Source: Frankiaceae bacterium (GTDB lineage: Bacteria > Actinomycetota > Actinomycetes > BP-191). From it: a DNA stretch of 64,000 nt. The position numbers and the translations under genes are program-made. Shown here in pieces: positions 49,795 through 59,426 of this stretch; the stretch's first letter is position 1, and every line of letters starts with the position of its first letter. Location of the stretch: NCBI GenBank assembly GCA_035556555.1, contig DATMES010000022.1:7577-71576 (forward strand), written 5' to 3'. The notes under the pieces are model-generated. The model worked only from the letters and a program-made list of their open reading frames with translations, had not been told where the DNA came from and searched no databases.

Positions 49795-51783
49795 TTACGC
49801 CGCGAGCTGCGGCGGCAGCGGCTCGTCGTGGACCACCGTGAGAGACGTGACGGCGCGGGTGAGGACGACGTAGAGCCTTCTGAGCCCGCGCGGCTCGGCC
49901 GCGGCGATGGCGGCGGGCTCGACGACGACCACGTGGTCGTACTCCAGGCCCTTCGCCAGCGTCGCCGGCACCAGCTCGACGCGGACGTCGTGCGCCTCGG
50001 TGTCGGCGCCGAGCAGCCGCGCCTCGACCTGGGCAGCGGCCAGCGCGGCGTGGAGGGCAGGCGCGGCGGCGTCGGCGACGATGACGCCGACCGAGCCCTC
50101 CCGCTGGAGAGCCGCGGTCACGGCTGACACGGGGTCTCCGCTCGTGAGGGCGAGCGAGCCGGCGCCGCGGCGTACGGAGGTCGCGGGGTCCACCCCGGCC
50201 GCGATCGTCGGGAGCAGCCGGTTGGCGAAGTCGAGGACCTCCTGCGGTACGCGGTAGCCGCGGGTCAGCGCCTGCACGCGGCCGTCGGGCTTGCCGAGGT
50301 GGGCGAGCGTCGTATGCCAGTCCCCCGTCGCCCACGGCGTCGTGCCCTGGGCGACGTCGCCGAGCAGCGTCGCGGAGCCGGTCGAGCAGCGGCGGCCCAC
50401 CGCGCGGCACTGCATCGGGGAGAGGTCCTGCGCCTCGTCGAGGATGACGTGGCCGTAGCTGGGGGTGCGTTCCAGCAGGTCCGCGACCTCGTCGGCGAGG
50501 AACGCGTCCGCCCGCGTCCACGGCGCGCTCCTCGGGCTCCGGGGCGTCTCCCGCCAGAGCAGCGCGGCCTGCTCGTCGCCGGTGAGGACGCCGTCGGCGG
50601 CCTTGGCCAGGGTGGTCGCGTCGGTGAACAGCGCGTACAGCAGGCCCGCGGGGTCCGTCGCCGGCCAGTGCTCGTCGACGTACGCCCGCACGTCGGGGCT
50701 GCCCGCGATCCGCTGCACCGCGCCGTCCGTCGGCGTCGAGCCCTCCGCCTCGAGCTCGCGGCGGACGTGCTCGGCGACGTGGGTACGGAGGCGCTCGCGC
50801 GCGGTGGCGTACCGGACGTCGGCCTGGAGCAGGTCGCGCACCAGCCCGCGCAGTACCTCGGTGTCGAGGCGCCGTCTCCGGCCGCCGGCCTCCAGGACGA
50901 GAGGCGTGGCGGGGCGGCGGATGCGGGCGTACAGCGCCTTCTTCAGCACCGCCGCCATCCGCGCGTCGCCCTTCAGCGTCGCGACGTCCGGGGGCTCCGT
51001 GGCTTTGACCGGAACGGCGGTGGCGAGGTCGTCGACCGTCTGCTGCGTGACGTCGATCTCGCCGAGCGCGGGGAGGACGTCGCCGATGTAGGAGAGGAAC
51101 GCCTTGTTCGGGCCGAGGATGAGCACGCCGCCGCGGCGGAGGCGGTCGCGGTAGGTGTAGAGCAGGTACGCCGCGCGGTGCAGGCCCACCGCGGTCTTGC
51201 CGGTGCCGGGGGCACCCTGGACGCAGATCGTCTCGGCGAGGTCGGCGCGGACCAGCTCGTCCTGGTCGGGCTGGATCGTGGCGACGATGTCGCGCATCGG
51301 GCCGACGCGGGGACGTTCGATCTCCTCGGTGAGGATGCGGCTGGTGATGCCGAGCGCCTCGCCGCGGGTCAGCGCCTCGTCCTCGAAGGACGTCAGAACG
51401 CCGTGCGAGAAGCCGAAGCGGCGGCGGCGTTCGACGCCCATCGGCTCCAGCGCCGTAGCCCGGTAGAACGGCAGCGCGATCGGCGCGCGCCAGTCGACGA
51501 CCATCGGGTCGCCGCGGGTGTCGAGGATGTGCCGGCGGCCGATGTGGAACGTCTCGTCGGTATCCGCCTGGTCGACGCGGCCGAAGAACAGCGGCGTCGT
51601 ACCGTCGTCGACCAGGGCCTTGAGGCGCTGTGCGCGCGCCTTGCCGAGCGCCTCGGACGCCAGCGCGTCGACGGCGAAGTCGCCGATGGCCTCCGCGCGC
51701 TCGCGCATGTGCCGCAGGGCGGTACGGCTGGCGGCCATGTGCGCGCGCTCGGCGTCGAGCTCGGCGCGGACGTCCGTCGTCAT
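49795..51783 (-). CDS. helD: HelD-family (UvrD-like, RNA polymerase-associated) helicase
   Basis: Walker A GAPGTGKT; N-terminal HelD-specific domain; DEAQD motif. Confidence 0.85.
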   Translation of the reverse strand: MTTDVRAELDAERAHMAASRTALRHMRERAEAIGDFAVDALASEALGKARAQRLKALVDDGTTPLFFGRVDQADTDETFHIGRRHILDTRGDPMVVDWRAPIALPFYRATALEPMGVERRRRFGFSHGVLTSFEDEALTRGEALGITSRILTEEIERPRVGPMRDIVATIQPDQDELVRADLAETICVQGAPGTGKTAVGLHRAAYLLYTYRDRLRRGGVLILGPNKAFLSYIGDVLPALGEIDVTQQTVDDLATAVPVKATEPPDVATLKGDARMAAVLKKALYARIRRPATPLVLEAGGRRRRLDTEVLRGLVRDLLQADVRYATARERLRTHVAEHVRRELEAEGSTPTDGAVQRIAGSPDVRAYVDEHWPATDPAGLLYALFTDATTLAKAADGVLTGDEQAALLWRETPRSPRSAPWTRADAFLADEVADLLERTPSYGHVILDEAQDLSPMQCRAVGRRCSTGSATLLGDVAQGTTPWATGDWHTTLAHLGKPDGRVQALTRGYRVPQEVLDFANRLLPTIAAGVDPATSVRRGAGSLALTSGDPVSAVTAALQREGSVGVIVADAAAPALHAALAAAQVEARLLGADTEAHDVRVELVPATLAKGLEYDHVVVVEPAAIAAAEPRGLRRLYVVLTRAVTSLTVVHDEPLPPQLAA

Positions 51784-51903
51784 CGTGTCCCCGGGTCGCG
51801 GTGGGTGCCCACTGCCCTCGACCGTACGGCCTGGCTCGACGGGGCGCGGGTGTTCCGCGCGAGCGGGGGAGGCTACTGGCCTTCCGCTTCCCGCGCCAGC
51901 GGT

Positions 51904-52203
51904 TCAGGCCCCGAGCATCCGCGCCTCGACGGCGAGGTACTCGGCGGCGGCGCGCTCGTACAGCGCCTCGAAGTCCGGTCCGAGCCGATGCGCGCGCCGC
52001 CCGAACCGCAGGCGTACGACGCTCCCGCAGAGCAGCCGCGCCAGCCGCCACGGCACGCCCGGGTCGAAGTGGTCGGCCTCGTCCACGAAGACCACGACCT
52101 CGGCGCCGCGCGGCACGTCCACCACCGCGAGGTCGACGTCCCACTCGGTCAGCAGCCCGTCGCCGCGTACCGGGTCGAGGCGGACCTCGTACTCGGCGCT
52201 CAC
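51904..52203 (-). CDS. Hypothetical protein (about 100 aa) located immediately downstream of dnaB
   Basis: GTGA overlap with the dnaB stop; high GC3. Confidence 0.45.
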   Translation of the reverse strand: MSAEYEVRLDPVRGDGLLTEWDVDLAVVDVPRGAEVVVFVDEADHFDPGVPWRLARLLCGSVVRLRFGRRAHRLGPDFEALYERAAAEYLAVEARMLGA

Positions 52204-54791
52204 CCTGCGGGAGTCATGTCGATGAAGCGGGAGTAGTGGCCCTGGAACGCCACCGTGATCGTGCCCGTGGGGCCGTTGCGGTGCTTGGCGACGATGAAGT
52301 CGGCCTCGCCGGCGCGGGGCGACTCCTTCTCGAACGCATCCTCGCGGTACAGCAGGATCACCATGTCGGCGTCCTGCTCCAGCGAGCCCGACTCGCGCAG
52401 GTCGGACAGCTGCGGCTTCTTGTCGGTGCGGGACTCGGGGCCGCGGTTCAGCTGGCTGATCGCGACGACGGGGACCTCGAGCTCCTTGGCCAGCAGCTTC
52501 ATGGACCGGGAGATCTCGGAGACCTCCTGCTGTCGGTTCTCGACCTTGCGCGGCGAGCTCATGAGCTGCATGTAGTCGACGACGATCAGCTCGAGGTTCT
52601 GCCGCTGCTTGAGCCGCCGCGCCTTGGCGCGGATCTCCATCATCGTGAGGTTGGGGCTGTCGTCGATGAACAGCGGCGCGTTGGCGACCTCGCCCATCCG
52701 GCGCGCCAGCCGCGACCAGTCGTCGTCGGTCATGCGGCCGGTGCGCATGTTCTGCAGCGAGACCCGCGCCTCGGCGGAGAGCAGGCGCATGGTGATCTCG
52801 TGCTTGCTCATTTCGAGCGAGAAGATCACTGAGGTCTTGCCTGCCTTGATCGACGCCGCGCGGGAGAAGTCGAGCCCCAGCGTGGAGTTGTGCGTCGGGA
52901 TCATCGAACGCGTCGCGAGGTAGAGGTGCTCGTCGTTGCCGACCTCGACGCAACGCACGGGAACGCTCGGGATCGGTCGCACCGCGACGATGAGCCGCGA
53001 CCGGTTGCGCGCGTCGCCCTTGGCGCCGCGCCGGTCCTTGTGCACGAGCCGCTTGCGCTCCAGGCGGAACACGTCGTCGGAGGTCGTGAAGTTGAGGATG
53101 TACGCGATCGACGACTCCGGCGTACGGCCCCGCACGGCCTTGGTACACACCGAGACGCGATAGCCGAGGCTGGTGACGAGCTCGCGGACGTCCTCGGCCA
53201 GCCGGCGCGACGTGACGCAGAACTGCAGCTGCCCCCTCGGCGTCACGGTGCCGTCAGTGTCCATGAGCCCGGCGAGCAGCGCGCGCCGCTGTGCCTCCGA
53301 CGCGCGGAGGTACGCGGCCGGGATGTGCTTGGCACCGAGGACGCCGAGCGTGCGCAGGATGCCCTGCACGGTGCCGTGCGCGTCGTGGCACTCCTGGCAG
53401 CGCAGCAGACCGGTGGACGGACGGCCGCAGTCGGGGCAGGTCGGCGCGGGGACGGGAGCGGACACGAAGCGGGCACGGCCGCCGCAGGACTGCCCGCAGG
53501 TGCGGACGTGGGCGAGCGGGTTGACGAACTCGGTGCCGCAGACGGCGCAGGCGCGCGGCGCGGGCGGCGGCGGCTCGGGGAGCCGGATCGTGAACGTCAG
53601 GCCGTTCGACGCGCTCGGAACGACGCGGTATCCCTCGTCCTCCAGGTACAGCACCATCTCCGGATCGGCCGTCGTGATGCGCGCGGCGGCGGAGTGGCCG
53701 TCGCCGAGCCAGGCACCGAGGACGTACGGCGACAGGGGCAGGACGGCGGCGGGCAGGTCGAGCGGGGCGGCGTTGGGGACGGAGTGGTTGAGGCGCCGGT
53801 CCGCCGTCTCGCAGCGCAGGGTCGCGGCGATCTCCGCCGTGGTCCTGACCGAAGCCACAGCACGGCCGCTCGACCGTCGTGACGCGCGGGTGTCGGTGAG
53901 CCACTGGTGCTCGGCGTCGGCGACGACGACGGTGCCGTCGGCGAACTCCACCTCGTAGCACGACCGATCGGTCATGACCTCGGTCGCCGCGACGACGGGC
54001 GTCGGACGGCCCGAACGGTCGAGCAGCAGGTCGCCGACCGCGACCTCGCCCATCGTCGTCCACCCCGTGGGCGTGGGCAGCGGGGTGTCGAGCGCCAGCG
54101 CCTTGCCGATGGCGGGACGCGCGGCGACGATGACGAGCTGGCCGGGGTGGAGGCCGTTGGTCAGGGCGTCGAGGTCCTTGAAGCCCGTGGGAACGCCGTG
54201 CAGGTCGCCGTCGCGGGAACCGATCGCCTCGATCTCGTCCAGCGTCGGCTGCAGCAGGTCCTCGAGGCGGATGTAGTCCTCGGACGTACGCCGCTCGGTG
54301 ACGTCGAAGATCGCCTGCTGCGCCCGGTCGACGATGTCGTCGACCTCGCCGCCGCGGCCGCCGTAGCCGAGCTGGACGATCCGGGTGCCGGCCTCGACGA
54401 GGCGGCGCAGGATCGCCTGCTCGGCGACGATCTTGGCGTAGTAGCCGGCGCTGGCGGCGGTGGGGACGGCGGACGCGAGGTCGATGAGGTACGTCGCCCC
54501 GCCGATCCGCCCGATCTCCCCCGTGCGGGTGAGCTCGGCGGCGACGGTGATCTGGTCGACGGGCTCGCCGCGGCCGTAGAGGTCGACGGCGGCCTCGTAG
54601 ATGACCTGGTGCGCGGGCCGGTAGAAGTCGCCGGGGCGGAGCACCTCGACGACGTCGGCGATGGCGTCCTTGGACAGCAGCATCCCGCCGAGCACGCTCT
54701 GCTCGGCCTCGATGTTCTGCGGCGGCGTGCGGTCGAACTCACGATGCTCGACGGGCGGCGCTGCGCGCTGCGGGAACTCGACTGCGGTCAC
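52200..54791 (-). CDS. dnaB: Replicative DNA helicase DnaB, interrupted by an intein in the Walker A motif
   Basis: N-terminus aligns with actinobacterial DnaB (QNIEAEQSVLGGMLLSKDAIADV); Walker A is split as AARPAIGK|[intein]|STLGLDF. Confidence 0.9.
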   Translation of the reverse strand: MTAVEFPQRAAPPVEHREFDRTPPQNIEAEQSVLGGMLLSKDAIADVVEVLRPGDFYRPAHQVIYEAAVDLYGRGEPVDQITVAAELTRTGEIGRIGGATYLIDLASAVPTAASAGYYAKIVAEQAILRRLVEAGTRIVQLGYGGRGGEVDDIVDRAQQAIFDVTERRTSEDYIRLEDLLQPTLDEIEAIGSRDGDLHGVPTGFKDLDALTNGLHPGQLVIVAARPAIGKALALDTPLPTPTGWTTMGEVAVGDLLLDRSGRPTPVVAATEVMTDRSCYEVEFADGTVVVADAEHQWLTDTRASRRSSGRAVASVRTTAEIAATLRCETADRRLNHSVPNAAPLDLPAAVLPLSPYVLGAWLGDGHSAAARITTADPEMVLYLEDEGYRVVPSASNGLTFTIRLPEPPPPAPRACAVCGTEFVNPLAHVRTCGQSCGGRARFVSAPVPAPTCPDCGRPSTGLLRCQECHDAHGTVQGILRTLGVLGAKHIPAAYLRASEAQRRALLAGLMDTDGTVTPRGQLQFCVTSRRLAEDVRELVTSLGYRVSVCTKAVRGRTPESSIAYILNFTTSDDVFRLERKRLVHKDRRGAKGDARNRSRLIVAVRPIPSVPVRCVEVGNDEHLYLATRSMIPTHNSTLGLDFSRAASIKAGKTSVIFSLEMSKHEITMRLLSAEARVSLQNMRTGRMTDDDWSRLARRMGEVANAPLFIDDSPNLTMMEIRAKARRLKQRQNLELIVVDYMQLMSSPRKVENRQQEVSEISRSMKLLAKELEVPVVAISQLNRGPESRTDKKPQLSDLRESGSLEQDADMVILLYREDAFEKESPRAGEADFIVAKHRNGPTGTITVAFQGHYSRFIDMTPAG
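52887..54101 (-). mobile_element. DnaB P-loop intein, class 3-like (N-terminal Ala, internal Trp and Cys, C-terminal THN) with a LAGLIDADG homing endonuclease domain and a Cys-rich insert
   Basis: Begins ALALDTP and ends SMIPTHN, followed by extein Ser; LGAWLGDGH and LLAGLMDTDG motifs; block F VRCVEV; boundaries are approximate. Confidence 0.8.
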
Positions 54792-55197
54792 TCGGGCGGA
54801 TCCGTTTCGGGTGGGTGAGCCGAGCATCGGAGGGGGGTGTGACAGAAAGTTATCCACAGGTAGTGAACAGGCTGTGGATGGGGGCTCGGGGCCAAAGGGG
54901 ACGCTAGGCGACCAGCCGACGCGACGTAACCCACGCACCCGAACCCGCCCTGTGCACAGCCGGTGAACGTCGCGGCGTGGCGTTGTGGACGGGCTGGGGA
55001 CGAACGCGGGGAACGACCGCCGCTGAGCACGAATCCGTCCACACGGGGTGTGCGCAAAGAAACGTGCGGGGTGTGTGGAACGCCGGTCGCGCACTCGCGC
55101 GTGTCGCCTTACCTAACGCGCCTCACCCGGTGCGGAGACGCCGAACGGCCCGGTGCCGCGCGGGCGCGGGCCGGGCCGTTCGGTGGATAACCAACTG
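54792..55197. promoter_or_regulatory. rplI-dnaB intergenic region with a cluster of DnaA-box-like 9-mers and the dnaB 5' leader
   Basis: TTATCCACA (54850-54858), TGTGGATGG, TTGTGGACG, CGTCCACAC, GTGGATAAC (55183-55191), plus the palindrome TGTGCACA. Confidence 0.4.
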
Positions 55198-55644
55198 CTA
55201 CTGCGCGACTACCTCGATGGAGATGGTCGCGTCGACCTCGGGGTGGACCTTGACGGTCACCGAGTGGGTGCCGAGCGCCTTGATGGGCGCGTTGAGCACG
55301 ACGCGGCGCTTGTCGAGCTTCGGCCCGCCGGCGCGGGTCACCGCCTCGACGACGTCGCCGGCGGTCACCGAGCCGAACAGCCGGCCTCCCTCGCCGGCGC
55401 GGGCCGGCAGGGTGACGGTCAGCGCGCCGAGCTCGGAGGCCATCGTCTTGGCCGAGCCGAGGTCACGGACCTCGCGCACCTCGCGAGCGCGGCGGATCGC
55501 CGCGATCTGCTTCTCGGCGCCCTTGGTCGCGAGCATCGCCTTGCCCTGCGGGAGCAGGTAGTTGCGGCCGAACCCGTCCGCGACCTCGACCATGTCGCCG
55601 GGGCCACCGAGGCCGGTGACCTCCTGCTTGAGGATGAGCTTCAT
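55198..55644 (-). CDS. rplI: 50S ribosomal protein L9
   Basis: [13 protein letters not shown]; colinear L9. Confidence 0.95.
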   Translation of the reverse strand: MKLILKQEVTGLGGPGDMVEVADGFGRNYLLPQGKAMLATKGAEKQIAAIRRAREVREVRDLGSAKTMASELGALTVTLPARAGEGGRLFGSVTAGDVVEAVTRAGGPKLDKRRVVLNAPIKALGTHSVTVKVHPEVDATISIEVVAQ

Positions 55645-55653
55645 CGCCGCCCC

Positions 55654-55890
55654 CTACCGCGCGGTGCTGGTGTAGGGCAGCAGCGCCATCTCACGGCTGT
55701 TCTTGACGGCCGTGGCGACGTCGCGCTGGTGCTGCGAGCAGTTGCCGCTGACGCGGCGGGCGCGGATCTTGCCGCGGTCGGAGATGAACTTCCGCAGCAG
55801 GCCCGTGTCCTTGTAGTCGACGTAGGTGATCTTGTCCTTGCAGAAGACGCAGACCTTCTTCTTCGGCTTCCGCGCCGGAGGCTTAGCCAT
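55654..55890 (-). CDS. rpsR: 30S ribosomal protein S18
   Basis: 78 aa; [10 protein letters not shown]...[20 protein letters not shown]. Confidence 0.9.
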   Translation of the reverse strand: MAKPPARKPKKKVCVFCKDKITYVDYKDTGLLRKFISDRGKIRARRVSGNCSQHQRDVATAVKNSREMALLPYTSTAR

Positions 55891-55924
55891 GTCTTTAGGG
55901 TCTCTTTCGTGTTCGGGGAAGTAG

Positions 55925-56401
55925 CTAGAAAGGGGGCTCGTCGGTCGCCGCGCCCACCCGCGCGGGAGCCGGGCTGCCCCACGGGTCGTCCGCGGGAGCG
56001 CCGCCGCCGAAGCCGCCGCCGCCACCCGCGCCGGAGCGCTGGACCTTGTTGACCTTGGCGGTGGCGTACTTGAGGGAGGGGCCGATCTCGTCGACCTCGA
56101 CCTCGTAGACCGTGCGCTTCTCGCCTTCCTTGGTCTCGTACGACCGCTGCTTGAGCCGCCCGGAGACGATGACGCGCGCGCCGCGGGTGAGCGACTCGGC
56201 GACGTTCTCCGCCGCCTGGCGCCAGATCGAGCAGCGCAGGAACAGCGCGTCGCCGTCCTTCCACTCGTTGGTCGTCTTGTCGAGGAACCGCGGGGTGGAC
56301 GCGACGGTGAAGTTGGCGACGGCCGCGCCGTTCGGCGTGTACCGCAGCTCGGGGTCGTCGGTGAGGTTGCCGATGATCGTGATGGTCGTGTCGCCTGCCA
56401 T
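55925..56401 (-). CDS. ssb: Single-stranded DNA-binding protein
   Basis: OB fold ([27 protein letters not shown]); Gly-rich tail ending DEPPF. Confidence 0.95.
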   Translation of the reverse strand: MAGDTTITIIGNLTDDPELRYTPNGAAVANFTVASTPRFLDKTTNEWKDGDALFLRCSIWRQAAENVAESLTRGARVIVSGRLKQRSYETKEGEKRTVYEVEVDEIGPSLKYATAKVNKVQRSGAGGGGGFGGGAPADDPWGSPAPARVGAATDEPPF

Positions 56402-56486
56402 GTGCGTTCGCCCTTCCGCGAGCGGGACTGACTACGGGTGACTGCCGCGGGCGCGGGAGCCGGTGTGGGGAAGGGAGGTGCCGGTC

Positions 56487-56777
56487 CTAGTGCATGTCCG
56501 GACGCAGGACCTTGGTGCGCATGACGGCCTCGGAGAGGTTGAGCTGACGGTCCAGCTCCTTCACCGTGGCGGGTTCGGCAACGAGGTCGACGACCGCGTA
56601 GATGCCTTCCCAGCGCTTCTGGATCTCGTACGACAGCCGGCGGCGACCCCAGATGTCGACCTTCTCGACCGTGCCGCCGCCGTCACGGATGACGCCGAGG
56701 AACTGGTCGAGCTGCGGTCCTACCGACTTCTCTTCGAGGTCGGGGTTCAGGATCACCATGAGCTCGTAGTGACGCAT
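56487..56777 (-). CDS. rpsF: 30S ribosomal protein S6
   Basis: [16 protein letters not shown]; colinear S6. Confidence 0.95.
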   Translation of the reverse strand: MRHYELMVILNPDLEEKSVGPQLDQFLGVIRDGGGTVEKVDIWGRRRLSYEIQKRWEGIYAVVDLVAEPATVKELDRQLNLSEAVMRTKVLRPDMH

Positions 56778-56921
56778 GGAAGTGCCTCACCTCCTGTGGG
56801 CTAGGCGGCCACGGTCTCTCCGTGGCAGGAGGGCATTCGCGTCAACGAATCCACGGAACGGTAGCAGACCACCTCCACCCGCTCGAACCGGACTCCCTTG
56901 CTTCCCTGCCCGACACGCTAG

Positions 56922-56988
56922 GACGGGGGTGTGACAGAAACGAGGGGGCGGCGCGGATCTGTGGACGGCGCGCCGACGATCTGTGGAC
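56922..56988. promoter_or_regulatory. rpsF-operon upstream region with the 16-mer GGGGGTGTGACAGAAA and two direct GATCTGTGGAC (DnaA-box-like) repeats
   Basis: Exact 16-mer also found at 54833-54848; direct repeats at 56955-56965 and 56978-56988. Confidence 0.4.
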
Positions 56989-57113
56989 AGCCGCGCGGCT
57001 AGTGGCGCTCCGGGCGGCGGTGGTCGTTCTGTGCAGCCGGTACGCCGGTCTCGAGCGTGTTGATCTTCACAGAACGGGCAGCGGGCGCGGCGGGGCAGGG
57101 ATGCACCCCGCGG

Positions 57114-57863
57114 CTACGGCGACGGCGGGGCGCTGGCGAGCAGCGCGCGCAGCTCGGCCGAGCCGACGCCGCCGATGAGCAGCAGCGCGAGCATGACCGG
57201 CAGGCCCTTCTCGCGGCCGGTGGCCGGCTGCGGCGTCAGCCCGCCCGCCCCGAGGAACGTCTCCTTCGGCGTCTCGGGGTCCGGCGCGACGCTGGGCAGC
57301 AGCGGCGTCGAGGTCGCCGACGGCGGCGCCACGGAGCCGCTGGGGATGGCCGGGGACGCGGTGCCCGAGGACGGGGTCGGCGACGGCGTCTCCGACACGG
57401 TCTCCGACGGGCGCGGCGAGGAGGTCGCGGTCCGCGTGGTCGTCGGGCGCGGCGACGACGTCCTGGTCTTCGTCGGCGACGGCTTGACCGTCCCCTCGAC
57501 GATGACGGTGCCCTTCATGCCGACGTCCTCGTGCGTGGTGCAGACGTAGCGGTACGTCCCCGCGCGCGAGAACGTCGCCTCCGTCGTGAAGTTCAGCAGC
57601 GCGGGCGGGCCGACGGGGTCGCTCTTGTCCCAGTTGGCGCTGGACGACGTGACGTTGTGACCCGAGCCACCGGCGTACTGCCACGTCACGGTGTCGCCGG
57701 GCTTGATGCGCACGGTCGCGGGGGTGAAGCGGTTCTCGTTGTTCTGGCCGACCGCGACCGTCTGGTCCTCCGCGGTGGCCGGCGTCATGAACGCGGGCAC
57801 GACGAGGAACGCCGACGCGCCGAGGGCGGCGACGGCGCGCAGGACGCGGAACGCGGGGCGCAC
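57114..57863 (-). CDS. Secreted/membrane-anchored cupredoxin (type-1 blue copper) protein with a PT-rich linker and C-terminal TM anchor
   Basis: Signal peptide; copper ligands GHNV...YVCTTHEDVGM (His, Cys, His, Met). Confidence 0.7.
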   Translation of the reverse strand: MRPAFRVLRAVAALGASAFLVVPAFMTPATAEDQTVAVGQNNENRFTPATVRIKPGDTVTWQYAGGSGHNVTSSSANWDKSDPVGPPALLNFTTEATFSRAGTYRYVCTTHEDVGMKGTVIVEGTVKPSPTKTRTSSPRPTTTRTATSSPRPSETVSETPSPTPSSGTASPAIPSGSVAPPSATSTPLLPSVAPDPETPKETFLGAGGLTPQPATGREKGLPVMLALLLIGGVGSAELRALLASAPPSP

Positions 57864-57919
57864 CGATCCAGTGTCGCACCCGGGCTGGCAGGGTGTCCGC
57901 CCAAGGCGTACAAACCTGG

Positions 57920-59426
57920 CATGGCCGAGAACGCGCGCGAGCTCCGCATGCTCATCGACGGCGAGCTGACCGGCGCCGCCGACGGGCGGACGTACGAGTC
58001 GATCAACCCGTCCACCGGCGAGGTCTCCTGCGTCGTCCCCGACGCGGGCACGGAGGACGTCGAGCGCGCGCTCGCGGCGGCGCGGAAGGCGTTCGACACG
58101 AGCGACTGGGCCACGCAGGGGCGGGAGAGCCGCGTCCGCACGGTGAAGGCGTTCGTCGAGGGGATCACCGCGCGGCTGCCGGAGTTCATCGAGTACGAGG
58201 TCGCCGACGCCGGCCACACGAGCCGCCTGGCCAACCTCTTCACGGTGCCGCTCGCGGTGGAGCACAGCAGGCAGGCGATAGAGCTGTACGAGCAGCGCCG
58301 CGACGTCGAGCCGCTGCCGCAGATCACGACGCCGGCGCTGTCGGCCAACTACGTCCGCCGCGAGCCGGTCGGCGTCTGCTCGCTCATCAGCCCGTTCAAC
58401 TTCCCGATCCTCATCGCGATGTGGAAGGTCGCGCCGGCGCTGGTCACCGGCTGCACGGCCGTGCTCAAGCCGAGCCCGCTGACGCCGGCGACGGCGCTGC
58501 TGCTCGGCGAGGTCGCGGCCGAGCTGCTGCCGCCCGGCGTCCTCAACGTCGTCACGCCGAGCGGCATCGGCCCCGCGGAGGTGCTGACGACGAGCCCGCT
58601 GCCGGACAAGGTGTCGTTCACCGGGTCGACCGACACAGGGCGAAGGATCATGCGCGGCGCGGCGGACACGTTGAAGGACCTGACGCTGGAGCTCGGCGGC
58701 AAGGGGCCGGCGATCTTCCTCGACGACGTGGACCTCGAGGCGGCGGTGCCGGGGGCGCTGTTCGGCTTCCTCATGCACCAGGGGCAGGCCTGCGAGTCCA
58801 CGACGCGGCTGCTCGTGCCGCGACGCCGGTACGACGAGACGCTCGAGGCGCTGAAGGCCGCGACGGAGGCGCTCGTGGTCGGGCCGGCCGACGACTTCGG
58901 GTCCGACCTCGGGCCGCTCATCTCCGCGGGCCAGCTCGACCGCGTGCAGCGGTACGTCAAGCTCGGCCTCGACCAGGGCGCGCGCCTGCTCACGGGCGGC
59001 GAGCCGATCGAGATCGGCGGCGGGTTCTTCCACCAGCCGACGATCTTCGCGGACGCCACCAACGACATGACGATCGCCCAGGAGGAGATCTTCGGGCCCG
59101 TGCTGACGGTGATCCCGTACGACACCGAGGGCGAGGCCGTCGCGATCGCCAACGACACCGTCTTCGGCCTGTCGGCGTCGGTCTGGTCGCGCGACGTGCC
59201 GCGCGCGGCGGGCGTCGCGCACCGCGTCCGCGCCGGCACCGTCTGGATCAACGACGTGCACCTGCTCAACGGGTACGCGCCGTTCGGCGGCTACAAGCAG
59301 TCCGGCGTCGGCCGCGAGCTCGGCCCGCAGGTGCTGGACGCGTACCTCGAGACGAAGCACGTGCACGTCGACCTGTCGCCGTCGCTGGCGCAGAAGTACT
59401 GGTACGGCACCATCGGGCTCGGCTAG
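57920..59426 (+). CDS. NAD(P)-dependent aldehyde dehydrogenase
   Basis: ALDH Glu and Cys active-site motifs: LELGGKGP and FLMHQGQACESTTR. Confidence 0.9.

Noticed and set aside
56880-56895. TCGAAC half-site resembling the mycobacterial LexA SOS box, upstream of rpsF
   Set aside because: Only one half-site is present, with no GTTCGA partner at the required spacing. It is not a credible SOS box.
57795-57830. Sortase (LPXTG) sorting signal at the C-terminus of the cupredoxin protein
   Set aside because: The sequence is QPATG rather than LPxTG or LAxTG. The hydrophobic tail is more simply read as a C-terminal TM anchor, so a sortase signal is not claimed.
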